A stretch of 64,000 nt of DNA from Amoebidium appalachense. Taxonomy: Eukaryota; Protista; Ichthyosporea. Under the pieces are notes generated by a model. The model saw nothing but the letters and a program-made list of their open reading frames with translations. It was not told the origin of the DNA and ran no database searches. The DNA lies in NCBI GenBank assembly GCA_963693365.1, contig CAVNZM010000001.1, positions 11,496,161 to 11,560,160 on the forward strand. The letters are read 5' to 3'. Position numbers and translations under genes: made by a program. Of this stretch, positions 1 through 25,473 are shown in pieces. Within the stretch, counting starts at the first letter, position 1. Each line of letters begins with the position of its first letter.

Positions 1-52
1 GTGTGTGCGCGTGCGCGCGCGCACGCGTGTGTGTGTACGTGTTTGCATTTGC

Positions 53-159
<107 letters not shown>

Positions 160-383
160 ACCTGTGTGTATGCATGTCTTTATATTTTGTATGTGTGTGG
201 GGGAAGTGTGTAGTGTTTATGTGTGGATGTACGTTTGAGAGCTTGCGAGGTTGTGTCCAAGGTGCCCGGGGGTCTGTGGGAATGTGTGCCTGCCTTTGCG
301 TATGCCTCTCTCTGTGTATGTGTATGTGTGTGTCCATGTCTTTGTCTGTTTCTGCCTAACTGTGTTTGTGTGTTTTTGTGCAG

Positions 384-12802
<12,419 letters not shown>

Positions 12803-13046
12803 TATGTTTTTTTCCTCTCACCTATTTAAATACCTGTCGTGTCCCCCCCCCCCCCCCCCCCCCCCCCCCCTTTGCAGGCATGTTTTTGCTTTGATTTTTG
12901 CCTGGAAAGGCATGCGTACCCTCCATATTGAGTGTGCCACACATGCTTTTCCAGAGACACACAACACACGCACACTCACTCACGGGCGGCTTCACCAGCG
13001 CAAACTCGCACGCGTGCACGCGCGCGTACACACGCACCACCGCGCG

Positions 13047-13131
<85 letters not shown>

Positions 13132-14032
13132 ACTGTACACAAACACACATGCACATACATGACTGTAGTACACATGTCTTCTTTGAAACCTGCCTCAAGT
13201 GAAGGGGCTGCCTCTTTGAAATGTCATTTTTTTATATATAATTTTACACATAAACTTGTGATGGCTTTTCATAACGAATCTTGACAAGTTTATGGCTTTT
13301 TTTTTTTGGGTGGTTTTGTATAAAGCTGACAGAGGGAAAAGAGAGGGCTAGTGTTGACTTAATTGAATAGGATCGATATGTGATTTGGTATATAGGCTTA
13401 GTAGTTTTATATTCTACCGTTGCAACACACGCACACTCACGTGCACGCACATGCGCGCGCGCGCGCACACACACACACACACAGACACACACACGAATGC
13501 ATGAGCACACACATCAACAAGATCTATATAGAGAACACACGGCCAAAGACACACACAGTGGCACACAATGTCACGAGAGTAGGTGGTGTTATCATTGATT
13601 TCGTTTTTGTGTTTGTTGTGATGCCCGAAAATATATTCAAGTTTGTACGTGGTGGGTGGGGTGCATTTGGATGCACCAATATTCGACATAGAATGGTCTA
13701 GCATGTTCTGTTTATGCACCACATGAGGATAAGGTTTCTTTTGTATGGTTTTGTTTTTTATGATGCCAGCACAGACGTGAAGTCTCTATCGATGGATTGT
13801 GTCCTTATAAGGTGAATTGTGGCCGATGTAAACGTACTGAGTCGAGATACTTAATTGCTATAATAATAAATTCAAATACAAAAATTCGGTCCCTCCCCTT
13901 CCCCCCCCCCCCCCCCCCCCCCCTCCCCCCCCCCCATCCCCCAACACACACACACACACACCTTCCCCTACGTAGACACACTCGCACGCACACAGTACGC
14001 ACACTCAAACACATGTACACACGTACGTGATC

Positions 14033-14078
<46 letters not shown>

Positions 14079-14229
14079 ACACCATACAGTCACACTGAGT
14101 GAGTGTACTACCTCGTATACTTTTGCAAGCCCATCAGGCTTCACTGGCAGAGACAATGCCCGGGAATTTACATATGCCCGAGCATTGGGTAGGGCCGGGT
14201 GGGGAGGGGCGTATCGATGTGGTGATCAA

Positions 14230-14277
<48 letters not shown>

Positions 14278-15019
14278 GGGGGTTATCCTTAATATGCCGT
14301 TGGAGACAGAGGAGACACTGTTGGCAAGCGACAAGCCAAAACGTCACAGAAATAAAAAGTTAATTCGAGATCGAACGATGCAATACACAAAATAAAGAAC
14401 GAGCAGGCAGGAGACACGAACAGCTCGAGCCACAGTCTGGGGAGGACACGCTGGCTAGTTTTTGCCAGTTTATTCACCAAAGCATGTCGTCTAGTGATGT
14501 TGACACAAACTGTGCTTCCATGGCCAACTAAGCTTAGCTCAAGATCGCGGGTGTGTGTTCCTTGCGATTTAAATTTGGGAGTACAGGCATATAGACTGTT
14601 GAAGTACCGAAGTTCTTGCCTTGTTCTGTACTTAAGCATCGCACCGAGCAGGGAGCGTGTGGCACAAAAGAAAAAGCATATACCAAAAGCACGCAGCAGT
14701 AGTGAAGCGAAGAAACGGTCTTAATGTTTACGCGTGGAACATGTTACCTGTACGATGTTTCATTTTTTTGGCCTCAAGACTATGTAGTAGTAGTACCAAA
14801 TGGTTGATGGGATCCCTCGAAGAATGAATAGCGCTATTTGTGGGTGAAAATGCAAATGCAGAAAGCAGAAGGAGGCCTTGAGCAGAAATACGCAGGGTTG
14901 GGAAAAAGGGAGATAAAACGGAAGGGGGCTTCTGGCTCTTGCCAAGAAACTCTAATAACGTAACGTGACAGTGTGAATCTGCCCATGGGGTTGTAGTTTG
15001 TACATGGTGATAGTGTGAG

Positions 15020-15402
15020 AAGGAAGCCTTTGGCCAATGTGCGGAGGAAAGTTGTACACTAGCAGGTACACTAACGCATTTGCGGGCCTCATATATGGCG
15101 AAGAATATATGGCCTCAGATGGATAATGCAGCGGCAGCCCCCCCCCCCCCCCCCCCCCCTTCCTCCCCCCCCCCCCTCCATATATATACACACACACTAT
15201 AGTGCACCCCTACCCCACCCCACCTACGCACCCCTGAGCCCGCCCCAACCCCCGCCATTGTCCCCCGTAGGCCTTCCCTTTCTCCCTTTAAAAAGAACTT
15301 CTGGCATATCATAGTAAATAAACACATGCACCCAACACAAGGAAGCTATTGGCCGATGTGCGGAGGAAAGCTGTACACTAGCAGGTACACTAATGCATAT
15401 GC
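15020..15402. repeat. Pair of 64-nt direct repeats, period 319
   Basis: 15020-15083 vs 15339-15402: aaggaagc..ttggcc(a/g)atgtgcggaggaaag(t/c)tgtacactagcaggtacactaa(c/t)gcat. Confidence 0.9.
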
Positions 15403-15455
15403 CAAATGCCTGAATGGAGATTTACACGGACCATGATGAGCATTATTGACTAAAG

Positions 15456-15607
15456 TGAGTCACGTTTATGGAGGTCATAAGACAAGCGACGAAGTATACC
15501 ATCTGCTTTGAGAGTTACACTAGTCTAACTAACCTAAGTAACTCATATTTCATAGCTTCACAACTACACCTCGCTTTGTAGGTTTTTTGACATATGCATG
15601 TGCGTGT

Positions 15608-15675
<68 letters not shown>

Positions 15676-16727
15676 GGGGGGGGGGGGGGGGGGGGGGGGG
15701 GGAGAGGCAAGTGTGTAGTATTTGTGTGTGAGCGTAAATGGGGCCTCATGCCCGACTTACAAAATCCAGGAATAAGGTGGTTGCATGCGTAGCATGCGAC
15801 TGTCGAGTCCGGCACAGCGTCGTGTTTATTTGAGAGTGAGTGTCACTCACACACACACAGAGAGGGAGGTAGAGGGAGAGATAGCGTGGAAAGCGTTATG
15901 TTTACGTTTTACAACGGCACCATGTTGTGCCATGTTTGTTTACTGAGTAGCTGAGTGTCCGAGCGAACTTGAGTCACTACTTGAGTCGTGGGGCTAGTGA
16001 TTGAGTCCCACTGTGTGGGGCAGTTGACGTTTGACGTCACGAACGCACGGAGGTAGGCAGGGTGTGAAAACCAGTCCGGGTGCACACGTTTCCATAGACC
16101 AGTCGTTCAGATCCACATATCACGCTTACAAACAAAATTATAGGTAACAAAACTGCAGGAATGAAATTTATAGTCATATTTTCAATGGTTTTCTATATTT
16201 TGTAGGACAGACAGCGTTTCTTTACGAAAAGGCAGGAAAAGATGGTTTTGCGTTTCGAGATCCGATGAAAATATTTGTTTGCCACACTCAGATTCTGGCG
16301 GGCAACAACATGTATTCTGATTGGTTACGTGTTGCTGATAAACAGGCATTACTCAACCGTCGTCCAATCGTTGTGTTCCATAATATCATATTCCTTCGGC
16401 GCCAGGCTGAAAACTATCAGAATAAGCTCTGGTATACTAGTATAACAAACTTGAGCCATAATCCTATTTTCATTAACTCAGATAGGTTTTTCATTTTTCC
16501 ATCAGAAAATATAATACAAAACGCTGCTCAAGCTCAACAGTTCATGAATCGCCATTTGATGATGCATTCTAATTCGTTTCAGATCACGCGTGCTAAACAC
16601 CGCAAGCGGCCGGCTTGAAGCTGAACAAATGAGATTCAAATCTACGTATCAGGCGCCGACTATAAAAACTGGTGAATAGCCTCAATAGCGCCATAAATTG
16701 AGTTGCAGGTGTGTGTTTCGTGACTCA
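15456..16727 (+). promoter_or_regulatory. Candidate promoter of the 16914 gene: AP-1/GCN4-type and CRE-type bZIP sites plus a TATA box
   Basis: TGAGTCA 15456-15462 and 15970-15976, TGACGTCA 16032-16039, TATAAAA 16661-16667, TGACTCA 16721-16727; motif matches only. Confidence 0.35.
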
Positions 16728-16913
16728 TGGTTTTCAAGCAGTTGGTGTGAGAACTCTGAATGTTAGAATTCCTAACGAACAAGCTATCATACTCTTAGTT
16801 GAGCAAAGAGCCTTGTGACACAGAGCCCATTCTTTTTCCAAACGAGAATCTAGTAAGAACCTGTGAACAACAGTTTTACACACGGGCACCTTAGAGTGAT
16901 CTACTCCTCCAAC

Positions 16914-17483
16914 ATGGCTCTCGTTAGTTCTAGTGCCTCTCTTTCGCCTGTTGCTCAGGGCCTTGTTCGAGCGGCTCTTCCAGTTGCCTTCTACGGAGCT
17001 CGTAACGTGCTGACATCCGTGCGCTCGCGCCTTGCACACACACACGCAGTCAGCGCAGCCGAACAGGACAAATTTGACCAAGCATATGCAGCCATCTTTG
17101 TGCGCAACTTCAAAGTGGCCCCTCCCCTCCCCTGTGATATAACCACCCAGAGAGTGCTTGAAACGCTCGAAGCATACGGAAAAGTTGGCGTGAGCAGAAA
17201 GGATGCCATGTACTTGTTCAAAGACAACGTGAAATGGAACCTCGACCGGATGTCGTCTGCACAACTTAGTGGTGTTTCCTGGGCCCTCTTCCAGCTTGGT
17301 GAAGAGTCTACAGAGCTGCAGGCAAAGATTCTCGCTCAAGCACTCAGGCGCTCTCAACAGTTCACCCAAGAAGAGATGCAGAAGATCAAGTATGTGAGCC
17401 TCACCACACAGAGAGACATGAAGGGCTTGCTTGGTGCTGCCTTGGGCCATGCTCCCGTTAACCAGGTGGCCTCAAGCCTGTAG
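16914..17483 (+). CDS. 189-aa protein with intronless CDS, mitochondrial-type presequence and ~2.5 helical repeats of 37 aa (HPR/OPR/FASTK-like)
   Basis: Repeat-free ORF from ATG 16914 (context aacATGg) to TAG 17483. The N-terminal region MALVSS..TSVRSRLAHT is S/A/L/R-rich with no acidic residues. ITTQRVLETLEAYGKVG, MSSAQLSGVSWALFQLG and FTQEEMQKIKYVSLTTQ recur at exactly 37-residue spacing. Confidence 0.75.
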   Translation: MALVSSSASLSPVAQGLVRAALPVAFYGARNVLTSVRSRLAHTHAVSAAEQDKFDQAYAAIFVRNFKVAPPLPCDITTQRVLETLEAYGKVGVSRKDAMYLFKDNVKWNLDRMSSAQLSGVSWALFQLGEESTELQAKILAQALRRSQQFTQEEMQKIKYVSLTTQRDMKGLLGAALGHAPVNQVASSL

Positions 17484-20400
17484 CCTTATGAACATACGAA
17501 ATTACAAGAAGATTAGCTCCGGCATGGGCTGGTAACAATGTTGTAGCAAGAGTTGCCAATTTTGCTTTAGATTAGTTGGGCAACCAATACTAGCCAGTAC
17601 CATCCCGTAGAAGCGCGCGAATGGATATGCACGAAGACTCGAAAGATCACAACTATAAATTACCTAGGTCGAAAGGTGCACAGCCTCGTGCACAAGCGAA
17701 TGAGAAGTATGAAAGACAACTCGAAAGGGAACACCCTGGTGGTGGAATTAAACTAAAATATATTCTGTCTAGAAAGATCCAATGCCACGTTCTTTCAGCT
17801 TCCTCTGCCCTCCACTTGCCACTCCCATTCACAAACCGACGGGTGGTGTGCACTAAATACAGCGGACGCAAGTGTGCACTAAATATAAGAAATTCAATGA
17901 TTGCGCAAATCTGACCTGCGCAAGCACACCACATGTTTAGACATTCAGACACACCAATGCGTGGAAGCAGTCATAGCGTGCGCTTGAAGATGAGATCTCC
18001 GAGCCTTTCCTTTTCCTATTACTCACCCTTCCCTTTCCCTATAATCCGACCCAAAAATTTCGGACCATGAGCGCTAGCAGCTAGCTACAAGCATGCCTAT
18101 GCCATTGAAGTTCTGCACATACATTAGCAAGCAAGCACACCGACCGAGTGATTCATAGGCATAATTCACCGGCTTCTAAATCTAGCAGTTCTACGGCTGG
18201 ATATGCTGCACACGTCAACCTGACATATGCATATGCGGGTTAGTTTATTGACTTTGGCATGAAGTGTATCACGTCCCTTGACCCAATGACCCCCAGAATC
18301 TCACCACTTTCCTGTGCTGCAACCCAACAACCCTTCATTTATGCTGCACTTAGTGCAGAGCTTAGACACAATAGCACAGACGGCCGGCACCCTACCAACA
18401 CTACGGTGTAAAAATCGACCTCTTGAAATCAGTCCCCGGGGGAACGACGATTAACCCCTCTCACACACGTCGAGAATCCTACACCGCAACCATGAACACA
18501 CTACTTTTATAGTTCAGTTGGTGGCACACCATCGAACGACACCATCCTCAAGATTAGTACGCCGCGTATGATCTGTACACACACACAGCAACAAAGTCCC
18601 TAGGGTCGCACAAAACAATTCTGGCCTATGTATTCGCCAAGGTTGCGTAACATATCTGCACCGGCCACCCTTCCCGCAGTCCACACTACCACAAATTTCG
18701 AATCCGCTGAGGTCTATTCCCTTTGGGTAATACCATCCATCCATGGGCACCCGAGAGCCCGGCCCCTGGTAGCATGCTTGGCTGAAATTCTTCCCCCAAA
18801 ATAAATGGGCAAAGGAGATGCCGCACATAACGACACAACACACAAAACCAGAAAAACAACAGCCAAAGGTACAAAAGGAAATCTAACGTAGCACGGACCA
18901 AACCCAGAAAATTAACGGCGGGCAAAAACATAGCAGAGGTAGTGACCACCAAGTGCCCCCATTTCCCGGACTTCCCCCCCTCAAACCCCCCCCCACCCAC
19001 CTCTCACCCTCCCTCCCCCGCCGTTTTTGGCCAAACATCACCTCAGAGCCACAGTTTGCAGCCGCTGTACATCGATCTTCAACTTAATGTATCCACGTTC
19101 TACTCAGCGCCACTCTTCGTCAATACGCACACTGTGTAACGTGTTTGCCAGAACGTTCGCTTCGATCACCGGCTTTGGGATCCGAGCATTTTCTGGTCAT
19201 TCCGAGCAGGCATTACCGTGTACAAAGGTGGTGGTGATGGTACACTTACACCACACATATATACGGGCTTACCGTATGACTGATACCCAGGTAGGCCCCG
19301 AGTTTGCGTGCCAGCATTGTAAGCTATCGAATATGATGAAGGATAGAGAAAGGAGTTGTACAACGCTGGATTATAATGCCAATTCGATAATGTTGGTGTA
19401 TTAGAGTGATTGGAATATAGAGGGATTCTGGGACTCCAAATGAGGTAGCAGGGTCTTCTGGTCTTGAGTCAAAGTTTTCAGCAAGTAAGGCTTCCTTCGG
19501 CAACTACATACGAACTCTAGGAATTGGAACACTGGCGCTAGCTATTCCGCTGTTCCCCACAACCCACCAATGTCACTCAAACAAATCCTTCGTATATAAA
19601 TACTGTAAATCTTGTTGAAGGGATATATTTATATACGTTTTGGTATCCAACGGTTGCTCAGGGTCGAGTGCTGCCACCGTTTCTTTTGTTTTTGTTTTTT
19701 GTTTGTTTTTTTGTTTTTTGTTTTTTTTGCGGCCTGGCGCGCCAAGCCACCTGCTGGTCCATGACGTCACCAAGTAGGTACTATCAAGCAATGATTGGCT
19801 CAGCCGACATCGCCCATCTTTTGTAATGATTTGAAACCAATTACTTTGCGACAAACTGCAAGGGCCTGACAACTTCAAGCTTTCCACTGGTAACGGACGC
19901 TTTAAAAAATGTAGGAAGTTTATATGCGTGTTTTGGTATGACTAATTACGTTTTTCTGTTAATCAATATCATGGATACTACACATAATAATCCAAAACCT
20001 CCGCCAACCGACCTTTATGTGAAGATTGCGCGTGTGCCATATCTAATTACAAGGCGGCGGAAGTTCCTATTACTTTGGACATACGTCACAGACTCAAGCT
20101 TGCAGCATTATGATTGGTTAGCGCTAGTGCTTTTCCGTTGCCCCTAAAACCCCCAGTCCCTGAGGGCGTGCACATGTCGTTTCTTTCTATCGAGTAAAAA
20201 ATATACAGGCAACTAGTTGTATGTACACATGTACATTGGCTACATAGCCTACGGCTGGGTCCCCAAGATGTACTTTCCCATAAATACATAATCCCCCTTA
20301 GGTGCCTGGTATACTTGAAGTACCCACAGATTTGCCCATTTGAGAAACATTTGCGCATTAATATTGAATTTTTGCGGAAATGGGAAAGAAAGGGAAACTC

Positions 20401-21320
20401 TGCTGCAGAGACATAACTACAAATTGTTCTTTATATTTTTAAGATTACAAACCATTTTAAAAATACTCCGTTTTTAGGCGTCATTACCAGTAGGTACAAG
20501 TTATAGACACAGCGGATCATCGCACTAAGGGACGGTCGGGACCCACAAAATTTTTTGTCTTTTTCCGACACCCTCTACAAAAGTTTTGGGAGATCAGCTT
20601 TTGTGCCATAAGGACTCCTGATTGGTCTCATCTCAATTTTGCGCAGTGTCACTCACCAGGGCTAACAAATATAGTTTGAATTTTACAAGCTCCTTGATTT
20701 CACGCCAAATTTATGGACATTTTGTGCCTGGGAACGGCGAACATAAAGAATATTCGGGTTTGTTGGAAGTCCAAAGTTCTAACCCTACATATTTAGACCC
20801 AATTCGCCCCCAAAACGTGTCCGTTTTCCCACACACAGCACACAGGCACCTCTAAACGTGTTGTTTTCTCAGACACACCCAACATTTCCGAATATTCCGT
20901 TTTACAGCTTCACGCAAGCGTTTTCCACAAGCAACAAGCTTTAGTTCCATTGATTTTCAATGTATTGCGTTGGTGCAAGTGCAGAAAACCACACTGCAAC
21001 ATTCGATGTAATAACAGAACTACTACTGCCAAACTCCAGTACCTTACGTTAGATCTATGCACACCTCTACACAGTGCGCTTGCTCAGCTACCACATCTTA
21101 TTAATCCTGTTGGTTAATGCTGAAATTGCAAGAGGGACACATTTTCTTGCAAAACATCTGCTCCATGGTGGTTGGATCTAAAGGTGCGCGCGCTCAGGAG
21201 TCCTCGTTACGGGGTCCACTTTCTTCTCTTTTGGCAGACGACATAGCGAACGACATTCGAAAAAACAGAAGTTTTCTTATTACTCGCCTCTGTAGTCAAT
21301 TTTCTTATTTTTTCTTAAAA

Positions 21321-23527
21321 ATGCCTTTTCCGAACACGAACGAATACCTTGGCCACCGGCATAACGCGACGCACCACGTAAGAGGCGGCGCTATAAACCC
21401 TCAGGTAAATAGAGCTGGACCCACTCCAACTTCTCGCCAAAACAGACTGCAATTCATTCACCGTGCCTTTTTCTTGGTTTTCCCGGTTGTTCAATCAGAC
21501 CGCAGAACACATCACTCTTTTCTTCCCTTCCGCCTCGTCTGCCTTCTTTTCCTTTTCTTGTCTCTGCTTATTGTTTTGCTTTTTTTTTTTTGCATTCTTG
21601 GGTGTCAGAAAGAGAGGCTGAATCTGTGCCAAGAAACAAAACAAGCCCATCTTGTTTGATTGATACAAACTATTCTACATTGTATTAGGCCCGTCACTCC
21701 TTCTTGCTACCCCGTTCATGGCACACACACCTCTTCTTCCTTTCTCTGCCATCCTTTGCTTTCAACGTCACTTACTCTAAAACCGCCACCCACCATCCAC
21801 AGTTTTACGCAAAAACGGTTTGCGTTCTGACGTGTGACTCGTGTGGCAACGAGGTGTCAAGAAGAGGAATGAAAGCCATCCTCCTGGGTGATACCAGCAT
21901 AGAGCTCTACTCAACTGACCTGCCACCCACACGTGCTGTTGAGTTGGTAGGAGAGGTGAGAACCCCTGTTCCATTTTCGCTCGTGTGAACATGTTTTCAG
22001 ATGGCTACAGGAGTCGTGTTTTAGCTGGATGTCTTGGTCAAAGTAAGCTATGGTGAAGAAGATCGGTTAGATGTAATGTATTTACCAACCTGGAGCAAAA
22101 GGCTGGACCAAATATGTGAGAAATCTGTGGATCTGCTGACAAGTTGCGTGGGAAAACTGCCCAGCTACAGTCATGCTGACACAAATGTGATGCTGGATAG
22201 CAATGAACACGAGCAGATTTAAAAAGGCACACAAACTAAGCATGTTTCTTTACCTTAATCACGTGTCCAATAGTGCCAATGGTTCAAAAAGCATTCACTA
22301 AATTGGACAGGCACAAAAAGTCAAACACAAATACACACACACACACTCACACTTACGCACACACTCACATTCACTTACACTCACGCTCGCATTCATTCTC
22401 ACCCACAGACACACACACACACACACACACAGCGACACACACACAACGAACACAGATAGGCATACACATATAGGTACTCACAACACTGCACACAAAAGAT
22501 GTACACACGTGCATGCGAAATGGACATGCACGTACACAATCACGTGCACACACACACACACACACGCACACATGCTCGCACACATTCGCGGCACTGCATT
22601 GACCCAACACCCTTTACTTGCTTCATACTTGGGCTGACGCTTCCACGCCACCCACACAGGACTATCAGACCCAAAATTGTGAATGCAGAATCCGAGACCT
22701 GGCATGTCTTGGCTGGTATGTGGTTGCTACTCAGCAAAACCCCCAAAGCCAAATTAGGTTCGATGGTTGCCCTGGCATACAAGTAGACCAGAGAGGAGGG
22801 TAGGGTGCAGGTGGGCGAATATGGGAGAGGGGGGGAGAAGGGGGACGGAGAGACTCTGCGGGGCATTTGTGACCCAGTGCTGTTGGAGAGCTTGTAGAAC
22901 TCAAGCGGATGATATGGGGGAACTTAAGCAATAAATTAGTAGGCACATGCTTGGGCTTATTGTAGTTAGAATTCTTGGGCTATCTATCATATGGTGGGTT
23001 GGTGGTTTGGGGTGCGGGTCTACAGAAGTTCAACAAGCAGAGTCTGAAGGGTTGGTTATTGAGGAGCGTGGAAGGCTCACGGAGGAAGGGGAGGAGGGGG
23101 GGGGGGGGGGGGGGGGGAAGAAGAGAGAGAGAGAGAAGGGGGGGGGGGGGGGGGGGGGGGGGGGAGGCAGAGAGGGAACTACGTATTGTATGTTTTGTTT
23201 GCAAAGTAGCAGAGCATTTCAAGCCATGAGCTATGAAGAAGATATATGTTATAGCATTTCAAAACTATAATATTCCTGTATATTATTCCTGGTCAATGCT
23301 ACTAGAAACGGGGACATGCAGGGAATCTTTGTTTGTGTATTGTGAGTCTACGTCAGTTGGGGGTGGGGGGGTTGCGGGGGGATAAGAGGGGGAGGGGGAG
23401 AGGGGGGGCCACCATATCTCAGGCTGTCGGGCTGACCAGAGGACGGACAATTTACGCGCTAAGGTGAATATTAGACCTTTAAGTCGCTATGTGCCTCTGT
23501 TTTTGTTTTGTTTTTGTTTTTTTTTGT

Positions 23528-23578
<51 letters not shown>

Positions 23579-24015
23579 CTGGCACCCGTTTTGCAGTGTT
23601 GCTGACTTTCTGCCAATGGAAACGCAGCGGCAACGTGATTGGGTATCACGTGACACGGCCCTGCCACCTGTGCATGGACGCATGCCACAACGGCCACTTC
23701 TGGATGTTCCATAGCGACACCCTCACGTGCAGAGACAGAAAGGGGCCGGGTGAGTGTTTTAATTTGTTTTCTTCAGATTTATTTCACTTTTTATTTTTTA
23801 TTTTTTATTTTTTTTTTCTTTTTATTTTTATTTATTTTTTTATTTTTTTTGGTGTGTTTCGTTTGCTCTCCTACCCGGAAGGGGGGGGGGGGGGGGAGGG
23901 GGGGGGGGGTTTAGAAGAGTGGACGGGGATAAGAGGTACTGACTTGGATTCGAAGCCTTGTGATGGTCGTAAGAATGGTATAAGGTATGGGCTTGAAAGA
24001 CTAAGGAGGACGGGG

Positions 24016-24061
<46 letters not shown>

Positions 24062-25337
24062 TGGGAAGTGGCAAAAGCACCGTTGAAAAGGGTTTCATAG
24101 TTGACTCAATGGCTCCGGCGGCCGGGGGGGGGGGGGGGGGGGGGGGGTGTTACTACAGGGTTTGAATGCACAACTTGGTCCACACTACACTTATTCCAGG
24201 GGAGAGGGGGGGGGGGGGGGGGGGGGGCTGTTTAAGAAGAGACTGGGGGGGTGTGTGTGGGGGGGGGGGGGGGGGGGGAGGGAGAGAGAGAGAGAGGTGC
24301 GTGGGGGGGGAGGGGGGATAAGGAGAACAAGCTGGGGATTAACACAAGGGGGCAGCCATGTGTTGGGGGGAAGGGAGCGGGGATGGACAGGAGAGGGGAG
24401 GAGTTGGGGGGGGGGGGGGGGAGGGGGGGCAAATAATTTGGGAAAGTAGAGCAAACCCTTATCCTTTTTTGCACTCTGCCTGTGTTTGCTGGTGTAATCA
24501 CAGTGGAAAGGTTTGCCCCCCCCCCCCCCCCCCCCCCCCCCTCCCCCCACAGTACGTTTCTTTGGGGCACACAAACCCAGTCCACCACTTGATTGCCAAC
24601 GACTTCTGAAAAAAGGGGACATAGACGGGATTTAAAGTCGGGTTTTGTTGCTGAAATTTCGGTGTTTTTGCAGGCAACACGGTGATGATGTGGGCCAGAA
24701 TACCAAACCCAACACGGGACGAGGAAATGCCTATGGTACGACTCATTCCACATATACCCCCCCTCCCCCCCTCCCCCCCCCCCCCTCTCTCTCTCCCCCC
24801 CCCTCCCCCCCCCCCCCCCCCCTCGGCCCACCTACCCACCGCCACCACTACCCACCGCCACCACTACTGTCACCCCCTGTCCGTAAAATACACACATAGT
24901 AACAGAGAGTTGCAGTGCTACATACGCAGTCGTCTATACACAGGCATACATAGTACAAAGAGAGTGAAGGTTAAGTGGGAGGGGAGGAGGGGCGAGGGCA
25001 GGGAGGTGGGGGGGGGGGGGGGGAGGAGGGGCGGGGGCAGGGAGGGGGAGGGGGGGAGGAGGAAGGGGGGGGGGGGGGAGGGGGGGGAGTGTATAGCGAG
25101 AGAGAGGTGACTAATATTAGCACACACACACACACATAGTACACACACACACCCTCACCTTCCCCCCTCTGCGAACGATGTGTGTGCACGGGCGCACGCG
25201 TTTGCGTACCACAGTCCGTGTGTGTGGGGGGGGGGGGGGGGGGGGGGGGGGCATATGTGCACTGCGTGTGTGTGTGTGTGTATGCACTTACGGTGCTTTT
25301 AGGTATGTGTGCCACGGAAGGGAAAGGGGGGGGGGGG

Positions 25338-25368
<31 letters not shown>

Positions 25369-25473
25369 ACGGAGAGATAGTATTTAAAACGTTTAAACTT
25401 ACCATGGTCTGTTACACAGGGTACAAAGGCATCTCCGTTACCGCTGAACCAACGAATCGAATGCATCCGATAA
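21321..25473 (+). CDS. FAM72: FAM72-family zinc-binding protein, 6 exons, 176 aa
   Basis: Exons 21321-21404, 21803-21955, 22660-22715, 23628-23749, 24674-24735, 25420-25473. Motifs VCVLTCDSCGNEVSRRGMKAILLGDTSIELYSTDLPP and [42 protein letters not shown]; C-terminus ECIR-stop as in human FAM72A. Confidence 0.95.

Noticed and set aside
16734-17450. 238-aa minus-strand ORF
   Set aside because: Antisense shadow of the plus-strand 16914-17483 CDS, with no recognisable motifs
17524-17603. Hairpin in the 3' UTR of the intronless gene (miRNA- or SECIS-like)
   Set aside because: Two short stems separated by a large asymmetric loop; no in-frame TGA in the CDS
17638-17730. Repeated TCGAAAG suggesting GNRA tetraloops or a hammerhead ribozyme
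   Set aside because: Flanking stems are only 2-3 bp and no CTGANGA core is positioned appropriately; more likely a decayed minisatellite
19027-19560. Possible degraded coding sequence (minus-strand fragments including GAYLGI)
   Set aside because: Short frames with stops and no second recognisable motif
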